A DNA stretch of 64,000 nucleotides. It comes from Candidatus Caldarchaeum subterraneum. GTDB taxonomy: Archaea; Thermoproteota; Nitrososphaeria_A; Caldarchaeales; Caldarchaeaceae. Each line of letters begins with the position of its first letter. The first letter of the stretch is position 1. The position numbers were made by a program, and so were the translations under genes. Under the pieces are notes generated by a model. That model did no database searches. It was not told the DNA's origin and saw nothing but the letters and a program-made list of their open reading frames with translations. Location of the stretch: NCBI GenBank assembly GCA_000270325.1, contig BA000048.1, positions 1,413,481-1,477,480 on the forward strand, written 5' to 3'. This document shows positions 9,655-19,370 of this stretch, piece by piece.

Positions 9655-10356
9655 ATGTTGATGACACAGGGTCTCGGAGCAGGTTACAAAAAGCTTCAAG
9701 TTTTGTTCGATGTCTCGGTTACGGTGCCCGAGAAACAGCTCACAGTGGTGGTGGGCCCTAACGGAAGCGGCAAAAGCACATTCCTCAAAACAATATTCGG
9801 CCTGACCAAAATCTACTCGGGAAAAATCATGCTCGACGGAGTCGACATAACAGGTCTTCAGCCCCATGAAATCGCATACCACGGCATATCTTATGTTCCA
9901 CAGGTGGATAACATATTCAGCAACCTAACAGTATACGAAAACCTGCTTATCGCAACCCATGGACTGGACATCGACGAGTCGGCGATAGACGATGTCATGG
10001 AGATGTTTCCGCATCTAAAAACCTACCGTAACAAAAAAGCGGCTTTAATGAGCGGGGGTGAGAGGCAGATGCTCGCCATAGCCATGTCTCTCCTCAGAAA
10101 ACCCAAGATAATGCTCTTCGACGAGCCGACTGGCAACCTCTCACCGAAAATGGCCATCACAATCTTCAACATAATCAAAGACCTCCGAGAAAACTATGGG
10201 AAAACAATCCTCCTAGCTGAACAGAACGCGAAAAAAGCTCTCGAAATAGGTGATAAGGCAATACTCCTAGTAAGCGGGAAAACGGTCTACCAAGGCGACG
10301 CCAACGCATTGCTTACGCATGAGGAGCTGGGGAAGCTTTACCTCGGAATCAAATGA
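9655..10356 (+). CDS. livF: Branched-chain amino acid ABC ATPase LivF
   Basis: GPNGSGKST, MSGGERQMLAIA, FDEP, EQNA. Confidence 0.92.
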   Translation: MLMTQGLGAGYKKLQVLFDVSVTVPEKQLTVVVGPNGSGKSTFLKTIFGLTKIYSGKIMLDGVDITGLQPHEIAYHGISYVPQVDNIFSNLTVYENLLIATHGLDIDESAIDDVMEMFPHLKTYRNKKAALMSGGERQMLAIAMSLLRKPKIMLFDEPTGNLSPKMAITIFNIIKDLRENYGKTILLAEQNAKKALEIGDKAILLVSGKTVYQGDANALLTHEELGKLYLGIK

Positions 10357-10969
10357 GGTTCAATAGTTCTTGCAAACTGTTAAGATGAATGTCTGCATAA
10401 GGGCAGCCGCGGGTATGTATTTCGGCCGTCCTCATACCCAGCCGCTTGGCAGGCTCAAGCTCAACCTCACATCTGTCACCCACGTACAAGGCCTCCTCGG
10501 GAGAGGCGTCAGCCATCGACAGCAGTAGACGAAACCCTTCGAGGCTGGGCTTGGGCTCCGCATCATCACTCGTGACAAGGGCATCATAGCATCCATCATC
10601 AACGCCCAAGCAGCCGAGAACCTTCAACGCAAGCTTTTTCCCCGAATTCGTGTGCAGCCCCACGAAAAGCTTTCTATCCCTAACCTCGGCGAAGAACCGT
10701 TTAAGAGATGCGTCGGGCGCAAGAAACCTGCATGGCTGAACCTTCTCCGCGAGCAGTGAGTAGAATTTTCTCCGATCTATTCCAAGAACCTCCACGGATT
10801 TGCTCACGGTCTTGTGAATTTTTTTTGTCTGATAGAGTTTTTTGAAGGCCTCTGCCTTGTCTACTCCAAGGCATTCTGCTATGACTGTCACCGCCGAGGT
10901 TAGTAGATGTTGTTCATAGTCGCTGCTTCTGTAGAGTGTGCCGTCGATGTCTAGGAAAATTGCTTTCAA
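10349..10969 (-). CDS. HAD-superfamily hydrolase
   Basis: DIDGTL, TN, KP and YVGD motifs. Confidence 0.85.
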   Translation of the reverse strand: MKAIFLDIDGTLYRSSDYEQHLLTSAVTVIAECLGVDKAEAFKKLYQTKKIHKTVSKSVEVLGIDRRKFYSLLAEKVQPCRFLAPDASLKRFFAEVRDRKLFVGLHTNSGKKLALKVLGCLGVDDGCYDALVTSDDAEPKPSLEGFRLLLSMADASPEEALYVGDRCEVELEPAKRLGMRTAEIHTRGCPYADIHLNSLQELLNLI

Positions 10970-11976
10970 ACTATTCCGAGGGATTGGTTGGTGGCTTTTA
11001 TGCTCTGCTCGGCCGCTGCTTCTCCCATGAGGGCCCTGATGGCGTCTATGTTTTCGGGGACAACTATTGCCTCCTGATGCACACCAAGGTAGAGAAAGAC
11101 CTCGTTATCTTTGACGGTGACAGAGTCTCCGATAACACAGGCCTCGTAAATGTCTCCACGAGGTCTTCCAAGCTCGCGACCATACTCGTAGAGGTTGGCT
11201 GTTCCTTTGAAGCCTTCGGATTTCCAGAAAAGCTTTACACGGGTGGTCTCGGCGAGTGTTTTCAACACGTTTTCTCTTGTTGGTTTTTGCCGCAGGGATA
11301 GGATGAGGCTGTGGAGATGCATGTGTGTTGTCGGAACTTTGAGCGCCATGGTCACGATGTCAATATGTGGAAGAACTGTGTTGACGTCTTCGGCGTGGTG
11401 GGAGGGTATCTCTACAGGGTCGAGCACCACCGCGTCAATCACACCCTTAGACGTCTCCTCAGGGTCAACAGCCCGCCTCGCTATAACGACACGCGCCCTC
11501 TCCAAACCAAAAGCAGAGTCAAAAGCATTCAACACTCTACACAACCCAGTCGTGTTACAGGAAACAACCCTAACACTATTTCTTCCAACAGCTCTCTCAT
11601 AGTTACACTGGGCCACGAAACTCGTCTCAGCCACATCCGCCTCCTCTCCACCCTGGAAAACAGCCCTCACACCAGCTCCGAAATATTTTTCGCGATAGGT
11701 TTTCCCCACGTCGCCAGGTGTGCAATCCACAATCACGTCAACCTCCTTGAGTAGGTCGTCCAAAACACCTGAGACATCGAACCCGGCCCTCCTAAACTTG
11801 GAAACACCCGATTCATCAACACAATACAACGGAATATTCTTCTCAACAGCCAGGCGTGCCTTGTAGTCCGGTGTGTTTTTCACCACTCCCACGAGCTTCA
11901 TATCGTTTTGCTTCATGACAGCGTCAGCGACTCTGCGGCCTATGGTTCCATACCCGTTTATCCCAACTCTTATCAC
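10966..11976 (-). CDS. gap: Archaeal (type II) phosphorylating glyceraldehyde-3-phosphate dehydrogenase
   Basis: GINGYGTIGRRVADA, VVSCNTTGL, PSHH, HQEAIVVPENIDAIRA. Confidence 0.95.
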   Translation of the reverse strand: MIRVGINGYGTIGRRVADAVMKQNDMKLVGVVKNTPDYKARLAVEKNIPLYCVDESGVSKFRRAGFDVSGVLDDLLKEVDVIVDCTPGDVGKTYREKYFGAGVRAVFQGGEEADVAETSFVAQCNYERAVGRNSVRVVSCNTTGLCRVLNAFDSAFGLERARVVIARRAVDPEETSKGVIDAVVLDPVEIPSHHAEDVNTVLPHIDIVTMALKVPTTHMHLHSLILSLRQKPTRENVLKTLAETTRVKLFWKSEGFKGTANLYEYGRELGRPRGDIYEACVIGDSVTVKDNEVFLYLGVHQEAIVVPENIDAIRALMGEAAAEQSIKATNQSLGIV

Positions 11977-13193
11977 GCCGAAGCACCTCTATGCCTTTTC
12001 GCGCTTCTCATCAAGGCCTCTATAAGTGGAAGACGCTGTCCAGCCAAGAACATCACGAGAGCGCCTCCTGCTGTGCTGACATGGTCCACCCAATCCTTTA
12101 CACCAAGCCTCTCCAGAGCAGCTGAGAGATGCCCTCCACTAACTATTGATGTGCCGAGAGAACCGGCCGCCGCCAGCAAAAGCTCGTCCGTCCCCCTCTC
12201 AAAACCCTTCTTCTCAAACATGCCGGGCGGGCCGCTGATGAAAATGGTGCCAGAGCTTTTGATTATCTTCGAGTATTTCCTGATTGTTTGCTCGCCGATG
12301 TCAAGAACTTTTCCAGGGTCCTCTATGCTCGAGATAGGTATCTCCACACGCTCGCCATCTTTTTCGATTGCAACATCATCGGGTAGGCTGAATTTGCCAC
12401 GATACTCATGCAGGATTGACTGGGCTTTTGGCACATATTTCTCGAGGTCTCCTGTTAGCGGTTTTTTCAAGGCTCCCGCAGCTCGTAGAAAGACCAGGCC
12501 TATCAGTCCAGTTAACAACACGTTGTCGGCTCTGCCGTTCTGTATAAGCGCGGTGATGGCTTCGAGCCTGTCGGAGACCTTCGAGCCGCCTAGCACAGCT
12601 GTGTAGGGAGCCTTGGAGGTCATCATTACGCGGTTAAGTGACTTGAGCTCCCGTGCCACAAGATATCCTGCACAAGTGGGCAATACCTCCGCGAACCCTA
12701 CGATAGATGGATGAGCTCTATGAGCCGTTGGGAAAGCATCTAAAACGCAGATGTCAAAAAGAGGTGCAAGTCTCTTGACGATGTGTGTTTTCGCAGCCTC
12801 CTCCGGGCTATACTCATAGTTTTCCTCGGCCGCGAACCTCAGGTTCTCGAGGAGAAGAACCTCGCCGGGTTTGAGGCTTTTTATGGCTGCTCGCGAAGCC
12901 TCGCCAAAAACGTCTTCCACAAACTTTACACGCTTGCCCAAAACCTCGGAAAGTGCCTCAGCATGTATGCTGAGCGAGACATAGTCATAGCGGCCAACCC
13001 TGCCTTGATGAGAGCCGAGAACAATCTTAGCCCCGTTCAAATGTCTAACAGTGAAAGAGGACTCCCGGATACGATGCAGCTCGAGTAGACGCCCGGTCTC
13101 TGGGTCAATAGGAGTGTTGAGGTCGGCACGCACAAAAACAGTTTTTCCCGAGACATCGAAGTCATCAATTGTAAGAAAATCGACGAAGCTCAC
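11973..13193 (-). CDS. pgk: Phosphoglycerate kinase
   Basis: RADLNTP, SHQGR, LLENLRF, DAFPTAHRAHPS, GGSKV, HVSTAGGA. Confidence 0.95.
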   Translation of the reverse strand: MSFVDFLTIDDFDVSGKTVFVRADLNTPIDPETGRLLELHRIRESSFTVRHLNGAKIVLGSHQGRVGRYDYVSLSIHAEALSEVLGKRVKFVEDVFGEASRAAIKSLKPGEVLLLENLRFAAEENYEYSPEEAAKTHIVKRLAPLFDICVLDAFPTAHRAHPSIVGFAEVLPTCAGYLVARELKSLNRVMMTSKAPYTAVLGGSKVSDRLEAITALIQNGRADNVLLTGLIGLVFLRAAGALKKPLTGDLEKYVPKAQSILHEYRGKFSLPDDVAIEKDGERVEIPISSIEDPGKVLDIGEQTIRKYSKIIKSSGTIFISGPPGMFEKKGFERGTDELLLAAAGSLGTSIVSGGHLSAALERLGVKDWVDHVSTAGGALVMFLAGQRLPLIEALMRSAKRHRGASA

Positions 13194-13270
13194 AACCCCA
13201 CATGCTCATGACAAGATAAAAACGTTTCAACAAAAAACTTTATAGAAACAATTAGAAACATTCTCAGAAT

Positions 13271-13344
13271 GGGCCGGTAGATCAGTCTGGAAGATCGCCC
13301 GCTTGGCGTGCGGGAGGTCCTGGGTTCAAATCCCAGCCGGTCCA
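13271..13344 (+). tRNA. tRNA-Ala(GGC)
   Basis: Acceptor GGGCCGG/CCGGTCC-A with G3:U70, anticodon arm CCCGC-TTGGCGT-GCGGG, T-loop GTTCAAAT; no intron, CCA not encoded; TTTATA at 13239-13244. Confidence 0.95.
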
Positions 13345-13392
13345 CTTGTTTATGGATAAGGTTTAACAGGGATACTGTTGATTTTTTCGGCT

Positions 13393-14499
13393 GTGAGGAG
13401 AAGGGTTTTTCTCGCTGTGCTCGGTTCAGCATCTGCTTTGGGGGCGGCGGCGTTCGTCTCCTCATTTATCAAGGTTGGGGAAAAACCGTCGTTAAGCGTC
13501 GAAGTGGTTGCCGAAAAGTTGTCTGTGCCATGGTCGATTTCATTCATTTCAGGGGACGAAGCTTTGTTTACTGAGAGAAACGGTGCGGTGAAGCTTCTCA
13601 CCCTTTCAACGGGCAGGGTTGAGGAGGTTGGGCGATTTGAGGTAGCAGCCGTTGGTGAAGGAGGCCTGCTCGGAATAGAAACACTCAGAGCCGGTGGAAA
13701 AACAATCGCCTATCTCTATCACAGCTACAGAGAAGGTGGAAAAATCTTCAACAAAGTCGTCAGAACCATCTACAGCGGCAGGCTGCAGGACCATGTTGAG
13801 ATTATCTCAGGCATACCGGGTGGAACCGTTCACAACGGCGGACGGTTAAAAATAGGTCCAGACAACTTGCTCTACATCACGACGGGCGAGGGAGGAGTGC
13901 CCGACCTTTCGCAGGACACAGACTCGCTTGGTGGAAAAATTCTTAGACTAATGCCTGACGGCGGAGTCCCTCAAGATAACCCCTTCAAAACACCTGTCTA
14001 TGCGCTGGGGTTGAGAAACCCGCAGGGGCTCGCCTGGCATCCGGAGACAGGGCGGCTTTACTGCACAGACCACGGCCCCAGCGGCGAAGGCCTGCGAATA
14101 GCCCATGACGAGGTGAACTTAATCAAACCCGGCGCCAACTATGGATGGCCCATAGTAATCGGAGACGCTGGCGATGAAAAGTATGTGAAACCAGTTATTC
14201 ACAGCGGGTTGGAGACATGGGCGCCTTCCGGATGCTGTTTCTACACGGGCAGAGGAAACCAAGAGTTTCGGAGCTCGTTTTTCTTCGCAGCCCTGCGAGG
14301 CAGACATCTGCATAGGCTTGTCTTCGATGAAGAAGGCTACAGAGTTGTTTTATCCGAGAAGCTCTTCGACGGCCAGTTCGGAAGGCTCCGTGATGTCGTT
14401 GAGGGTCCCGACGGAAACCTCTACATTTTAACAAGCAACCGCGATGGAAGAGGCTCGCCCGCTCCCGATGACGATAGAATAATTCACGTCACTCTTTAG
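13393..14499 (+). CDS. PQQ-dependent aldose sugar dehydrogenase (GSDH family), Tat-exported
   Basis: RRRVFL twin-arginine signal, GEGGLLG, HNGGRL, GKILR, GLRNPQG, DEVN...NYGWP, GRLRDV; start GTG 13393 or TTG 13378. Confidence 0.88.
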   Translation: MRRRVFLAVLGSASALGAAAFVSSFIKVGEKPSLSVEVVAEKLSVPWSISFISGDEALFTERNGAVKLLTLSTGRVEEVGRFEVAAVGEGGLLGIETLRAGGKTIAYLYHSYREGGKIFNKVVRTIYSGRLQDHVEIISGIPGGTVHNGGRLKIGPDNLLYITTGEGGVPDLSQDTDSLGGKILRLMPDGGVPQDNPFKTPVYALGLRNPQGLAWHPETGRLYCTDHGPSGEGLRIAHDEVNLIKPGANYGWPIVIGDAGDEKYVKPVIHSGLETWAPSGCCFYTGRGNQEFRSSFFFAALRGRHLHRLVFDEEGYRVVLSEKLFDGQFGRLRDVVEGPDGNLYILTSNRDGRGSPAPDDDRIIHVTL

Positions 14500-14788
14500 A
14501 AAGTTTATCCTTGATGTAGAGGGTCCAGTAGGTCAACGGGTCCGTATCACCATGTGTGGAGGCGCCCGAGATGTAGTATTCGTCAAGCTCGTCAGCAAGC
14601 TTCTCCACCTCATCTTCTGAAAGCTTAAGAGAGCTTCGCAGCTTCTCCATTTCCGATGATAGAGATGATACCTCGCTGTCCATTTTGAGGTCGCGGAAAA
14701 ACCTCATCCTGTTCACCAGAGAATACAGTCTCTCCACCTTGTCCATCAACTCAGCCTCGAAATCTCCAGCATCGCTACCTGAGACCAA
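14489..14788 (-). CDS. Hypothetical acidic helical protein
   Basis: 99-aa ORF overlapping the upstream gene, protein-like composition. Confidence 0.6.
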   Translation of the reverse strand: MVSGSDAGDFEAELMDKVERLYSLVNRMRFFRDLKMDSEVSSLSSEMEKLRSSLKLSEDEVEKLADELDEYYISGASTHGDTDPLTYWTLYIKDKLSKE

Positions 14789-15029
14789 ATGCCTCGACAG
14801 ATAATGTTTTGGAGTTGATTAAAAAGGTAAACCGCCTAAACATCCGCTCCCCCTTTCTCCTAAACACTCCAGCCACCTCATACACCTCCCCCCTATCAAA
14901 AGTTCTCACAATCTCGAACTCCACCTCACCATACCTCTTCTCCAAATAGGCCCTGACAGCATCCACCACTCTCTCAAGCTCCACACAACACTCATCATAC
15001 CTCCCGCTAAAATTTTTTACCAACATCAC
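14775..15029 (-). CDS. Small hypothetical protein (helix plus beta-hairpins, PepSY-like pattern)
   Basis: AVRAYLEKRYG helix followed by alternating beta strands YEVAG...FTFLINSKT. Confidence 0.5.
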   Translation of the reverse strand: MMLVKNFSGRYDECCVELERVVDAVRAYLEKRYGEVEFEIVRTFDRGEVYEVAGVFRRKGERMFRRFTFLINSKTLSVEAFGLR

Positions 15030-15043
15030 TCGCCCTTAAACTA

Positions 15044-17512
15044 ATGACTACACAGCCATACCTAAAGGCTGGAAGAGACTTCGCTTTTCCCGACTACAAG
15101 CCAAGATATCCACGTCAAACAAGCTTCAAGATAAACCACTACCGTCTCGAGCTCAAAGTCGACATAGAGGACAGAAGAGTGGACGGTTATGCGGAGATTA
15201 GGCTAACCAGTAACGGGTCGATGGCTGAGCTCGACGCCGTGGATTTCCAGATTCTCGAGGTTACTGGTGTCAAAGAAAGAGATTATGATGGAAAATTACT
15301 AACTCTCTTCTTTGATGGGGCGGGTGAAAAAGTTGTTGGGATAAGGTACAGGGCTTGGCCGCGGACGGGTGTCCATTTTGTTGAGAAGGAGAAGGGTTAC
15401 GGTTTTCCCTTCGTGTGGAGCCACGGTGAGCCCGAGTATCACAGAAACTGGATGCCGATCTACGACTATCCCAATATGAAGTTTACGACAGAGTTGTTGG
15501 TTACGGTGCCACAGCCTCTAGAAGTTGTCTCCAACGGTGAACTGTTAGACAGGAGAAACAACGCCGACGGCACATCCACTTTTCACTGGCAGATGGATAA
15601 GCCTCATCCAGCATATCTCATCAGCTTTGTTGCAGGAGTGTTCGACAAAGATGAGGAGATGGTCGACGGCGTCCGCCTCGAATACTATGTGCCGAAAGGC
15701 TTAGGAAAACTGGTGAAAAACTCTTTCAACAAAACCGCTGACATAATCAGGTTTTTCAGCAACTACCTGAATTATCCCTACCCCTTTAAGAGCTATCGAC
15801 AGGTCTGTGTCCCAGAGTTTGTTGTCGGCGGCATGGAGAACACAACAGCCACAACCCTGACAGACCTCACTCTCCACGACGACCACGCCCACATGGATTT
15901 CAGCAGCGACCCGCTTGTCGCCCACGAGGCGGCTCACCAGTGGTTCGGAGACCTTGTCACCTGCCGAGACTGGTCGCACATCTGGCTCAACGAATCCTTC
16001 GCAACATACCTCGAAAACCTATACCTAAGACATGACAAAGGAAACGACGAGTTTCTATACGAGCTATACAACGACCTCCAATCATATCTCGACGAATACA
16101 AACGACGATACTCGCGCCCCGTGGTCTATCGGGTCTACAAATACCCTGAGGAGCTTTTCGACAGACATGCATACCCAAAAGGCGGGCTGGTGCTCCATAC
16201 CATCAAGAACATCGTTGGTGAGGAAAGTTTCCGGAAAGCCTTGAACCTGTTTCTGACCCGTCACCAATACTCAAACGCCGACACAGAAGATTTGCGCAAG
16301 GCTCTCGAGGAATCATCAGGCATGATGCTGGAGAAGGTGTTTGAGCAGCTTGTGTATTCTGCTGGGCATCCCGTGGTCAAGGTGAGCTATCGATGGGAGC
16401 CTGAGACAAACTTGTTCAAGATTAGTTTTAAGCAGGTTCAGGCAGAGGATTCGCCAGAAACCTATGGACTCAGTCTGGATGTTGTAATCCACTCTGGTGG
16501 AGAGAAGGTTGAGAGAAAAATTTCTCTTGAAGAACGAGAAACAACGCTTTTCCTATCCATGAAAAACAGGCCAGAACATGTCTGCGTAGACCCTGAGCTC
16601 AAGGTTCTACGTGTCCTAGACATCGAGAGACCGCTCGAAGAGGCTCTCTCGATGGTTGAGAAATGTGGAAGCGTTGTCTGCAGAATAGAGATGATTGACT
16701 CTTTGGCGAAACATGGTGGACGTAGGGTTGTCGAGGTGTTGGAGAGAGTTATCTCGGGTGACCCGTTTTGGGGGGTTTCCTACAGGGCCGCTAAGGCCCT
16801 AGGAGAGATAAAGACTGAGGAGGCGAAAGCCGCTCTTCTCCGTGTCCTCCAAAAAGTGAAGCATCCGAAAATCCGCAGGGGAATAGTGGAGGCCCGCGGC
16901 TCCTTCGAAAAAGACACCGAGGTGATGAGGATGTTGGCAAAAGTCGTTGAAGACACAGTCGAGTCATATTATGTTAGACAGGCTGCGGCGATTTCACTTG
17001 GGCGGCTTAAGCTGGATGAAGCAGTTCCAGTTCTCGTGAAGGCCCTTGACTACCCCTCCCACGCACATGTTATCCCATCTGGCGCAGTCCAGGGACTGGC
17101 TGAAACAGGTCTGGAAAAAGTCTATGAACATGTCTCTAAGAGAGTTGAGAAAAGCTATCCGACTCCTGTTCGCGTGTCAGCGACCGTGGCTCTCGCAAAA
17201 TTCCCAGAGAAACACGAAACATACACCTTACTCGAGAGGCTGTCGGAAGACAGTAACGAGCGTGTCCGCCACGCGGTTGTCGCCGCCGCCCGTGAATTGA
17301 TGGACCCAAGGCTTTTACCCATGCTGGACAAAATGGCTGAGAAGGATTTGAATGAGAGGGTGAGACGGGGCGCAAGGGAAGTCTCTAAGAAGATTAGAGA
17401 CCATCTCGAGAAGGGTGTTGAATACAAGTCGCTGCGGGAGGAGCTTGAGAAAATACGGGAGGAGAACAGGCGGCTGGCTGAGAGGCTTTACAGGGTTGAG
17501 GGTAAGGTTTAA
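15044..17512 (+). CDS. M1 family zinc aminopeptidase with C-terminal HEAT repeats and coiled coil
   Basis: GGMEN, HEAAHQWFGDLV-x-WLNESFA, YPKGG; repeats AAKALG, VRQAAAISLG, VRHAVV. Confidence 0.9.
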   Translation: MTTQPYLKAGRDFAFPDYKPRYPRQTSFKINHYRLELKVDIEDRRVDGYAEIRLTSNGSMAELDAVDFQILEVTGVKERDYDGKLLTLFFDGAGEKVVGIRYRAWPRTGVHFVEKEKGYGFPFVWSHGEPEYHRNWMPIYDYPNMKFTTELLVTVPQPLEVVSNGELLDRRNNADGTSTFHWQMDKPHPAYLISFVAGVFDKDEEMVDGVRLEYYVPKGLGKLVKNSFNKTADIIRFFSNYLNYPYPFKSYRQVCVPEFVVGGMENTTATTLTDLTLHDDHAHMDFSSDPLVAHEAAHQWFGDLVTCRDWSHIWLNESFATYLENLYLRHDKGNDEFLYELYNDLQSYLDEYKRRYSRPVVYRVYKYPEELFDRHAYPKGGLVLHTIKNIVGEESFRKALNLFLTRHQYSNADTEDLRKALEESSGMMLEKVFEQLVYSAGHPVVKVSYRWEPETNLFKISFKQVQAEDSPETYGLSLDVVIHSGGEKVERKISLEERETTLFLSMKNRPEHVCVDPELKVLRVLDIERPLEEALSMVEKCGSVVCRIEMIDSLAKHGGRRVVEVLERVISGDPFWGVSYRAAKALGEIKTEEAKAALLRVLQKVKHPKIRRGIVEARGSFEKDTEVMRMLAKVVEDTVESYYVRQAAAISLGRLKLDEAVPVLVKALDYPSHAHVIPSGAVQGLAETGLEKVYEHVSKRVEKSYPTPVRVSATVALAKFPEKHETYTLLERLSEDSNERVRHAVVAAARELMDPRLLPMLDKMAEKDLNERVRRGAREVSKKIRDHLEKGVEYKSLREELEKIREENRRLAERLYRVEGKV

Positions 17513-17538
17513 CAGCCTCATACAAGTTTGATGGCTCG

Positions 17539-17596
17539 GCGGCGATGATGAACAGAAACGCTTGAAAAGTGATAGCCTCTGGGGTATCTGAGCCGC
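17539..17596 (+). ncRNA. C/D box methylation guide sRNA
   Basis: Intergenic; box C ATGATGA 17545-17551, D' TTGA 17562-17565, C'-like GTGATAG 17569-17575, box D CTGA 17588-17591, closed by a 5-bp stem GCGGC/GCCGC; guides of 10 and 12 nt. Confidence 0.75.
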
Positions 17597-17994
17597 TAAA
17601 CCAGCGTCTCCACAGACTCGACAATATCTCTGACCGTTATCATACCCACCAAGTTGTTGTTCCTGTCGACTACGGGAAGATGTCTAATGTTGTTAGACAC
17701 CATTATGTTTTTTGCCTCGTTCAGGGAAGCATCCTCCCTAACCACGATGACTTCACGCGTCATGTAGTCGCTTATTTTCGAATCATAGTCTACACGTAGC
17801 GCAAAAAACTTCACGAAATCTTTCTCCGTAACTATGCCAGCGACTTTTCCATCCGAGACAACCACGACGCTGCTCACCTTTGACTGAATCATTTTCTCCG
17901 CAATATCGGAGAGCTTTTCATCACCCTTCGCCGTGACGACCCTGCGGGACATTATTTCCGAAACCTTTACCCCAAGCAACCCAACATAATACAT
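17596..17994 (-). CDS. CBS-pair protein
   Basis: VSEIMSR...GIVTEKD and ISDYMTR...IRHLPVVD...GMITVRD. Confidence 0.9.
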   Translation of the reverse strand: MYYVGLLGVKVSEIMSRRVVTAKGDEKLSDIAEKMIQSKVSSVVVVSDGKVAGIVTEKDFVKFFALRVDYDSKISDYMTREVIVVREDASLNEAKNIMVSNNIRHLPVVDRNNNLVGMITVRDIVESVETLV

Positions 17995-18013
17995 TTTTTG
18001 GCCAATAAATCAT

Positions 18014-18808
18014 TTACTCGAGCGACAGGAGGCTCGGCAGCTCAACAAGGCTGTCTACAACCATGTCTGCCTCCGATATCTTGTCTCTGAAGAGCTCAAA
18101 GGCACCGGTTTTCACAAGTATGCATCGAGCCCCCACAGCCCTTGCCGCTGCCACGTCGGTGTCGACACGGTCGCCTACAAAAACCACCTCTGAGGCCTGG
18201 AGACCTAGAGTCTCCAAAGCCATTTGAGAGGAGATTGGCGACGGCTTACCCACCGAAAATGGTTTCACGCCAGTGGCGGCTGAAAGCATGGCTATGATGG
18301 AGCCCGCTCCCGGCATAAACCCTTCTTCTGTAGGATAGATGTTGTCGAGGTTTGTCGCTATGAATTTTGCACCATTTCTTATAGCTTGGGAGGCGTTCGC
18401 GGCTTTCTGATAAGTGAAGCCTCTGTCCAGACCTGCTACCACGTATTCGGCCAGCTTCCATTGGCTGTGGTCTATAATCCGCAGCCCCAGCTGCAGAGCC
18501 TCTCTTGATATGCCCTCTTCCCCCACGACGAGGACATGGGCCCCAGGATGCTCTGTCGCCACATACCTGGCCGCTAGATAACCAGATGTCAAAATCTCTG
18601 AGACATAGGCATGGATTCCCATGCGGTTTAGCTTCTCGAGATACTGAGTTCTTGTCAGGGTGGAGTTGTTTGTCATAAAAACAAGCTTCAGCTTTTTGCG
18701 GAGTCTGTTGACGGCTTCGGGTGCGCCTGGAAGCGGCTTGGAGCCTATGTAGATGGTGCCGTCCATGTCGAGGACGAGGCCTTTAACCTTTTCCAGCGTA
18801 ACCTTCAC
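18014..18808 (-). CDS. HAD-IIA (NagD-like) phosphatase
   Basis: DMDGTIY, TNNS, ATNLD, GKPS, VGDRVDTD. Confidence 0.9.
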   Translation of the reverse strand: MKVTLEKVKGLVLDMDGTIYIGSKPLPGAPEAVNRLRKKLKLVFMTNNSTLTRTQYLEKLNRMGIHAYVSEILTSGYLAARYVATEHPGAHVLVVGEEGISREALQLGLRIIDHSQWKLAEYVVAGLDRGFTYQKAANASQAIRNGAKFIATNLDNIYPTEEGFMPGAGSIIAMLSAATGVKPFSVGKPSPISSQMALETLGLQASEVVFVGDRVDTDVAAARAVGARCILVKTGAFELFRDKISEADMVVDSLVELPSLLSLE

Positions 18809-18815
18809 CTCTCTG

Positions 18816-19265
18816 TTAGACGCTTTCTTTTACGGCCGCGAGGGAAACACATGTAATCGTTTTCCCTACCCCCGGCATGTTTCTTATTTTGTCGACGACG
18901 AGGGAGCCGATGGACTGCATAGACTCTGACCTCACCTTCACTATGATGTCCCATTCCCCTGTGATGACGTGTGCCTCCACCACCTCCGGAAGTTTCGCGA
19001 TGTCCTCGGCCAGTTTTTTCTGCGAAGTTGTTCCCTGCTGGAAAGATACGAGGACGAAGGCTGTGGCTGGTTTGCCAAGCTTAGAATGGTCAAGCTGAAC
19101 CGTGAACTTCTTAATCACGCCCAACTGCTTCAGTCGCTTAATTCTTTCCTGAACGGTTGTGCGCGGCATCTTAACCTTAGCCGCTATGGCTGAAACCGTC
19201 TGTTCGGCGTCTTCTACAAGCTCTTCAAGTATTTTCAGGTCTTTGTCGTCGAGTTCGGTTGACAT
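18816..19265 (-). CDS. Lrp/AsnC family transcription regulator
   Basis: LDDKDLKIL, TVQERIKRL...GVIKKF HTH, RAM domain ITGEWD. Confidence 0.92.
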   Translation of the reverse strand: MSTELDDKDLKILEELVEDAEQTVSAIAAKVKMPRTTVQERIKRLKQLGVIKKFTVQLDHSKLGKPATAFVLVSFQQGTTSQKKLAEDIAKLPEVVEAHVITGEWDIIVKVRSESMQSIGSLVVDKIRNMPGVGKTITCVSLAAVKESV

Positions 19266-19370
19266 AATGACGGTTAATTATTGGGAAGGCTTTGTATTAT
19301 TTTTGCTGTTGTTCGCTGTTTGTCGAAGTCTTTGTCTGCAAAAGCCTTTTAATAGGGCTGGGAGAACCGA

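Noticed and set aside
11908..12606. Long antisense ORFs (e.g. 232 aa opposite pgk, 209 aa at 57526-58155, 180 aa at 7975-8517)
   Set aside because: Shadow frames of well-supported genes, with no motifs of their own
13271..15029. Possible integrated element at tRNA-Ala
   Set aside because: No integrase and no duplicated tRNA 3' end seen; neighbours are ordinary metabolic genes
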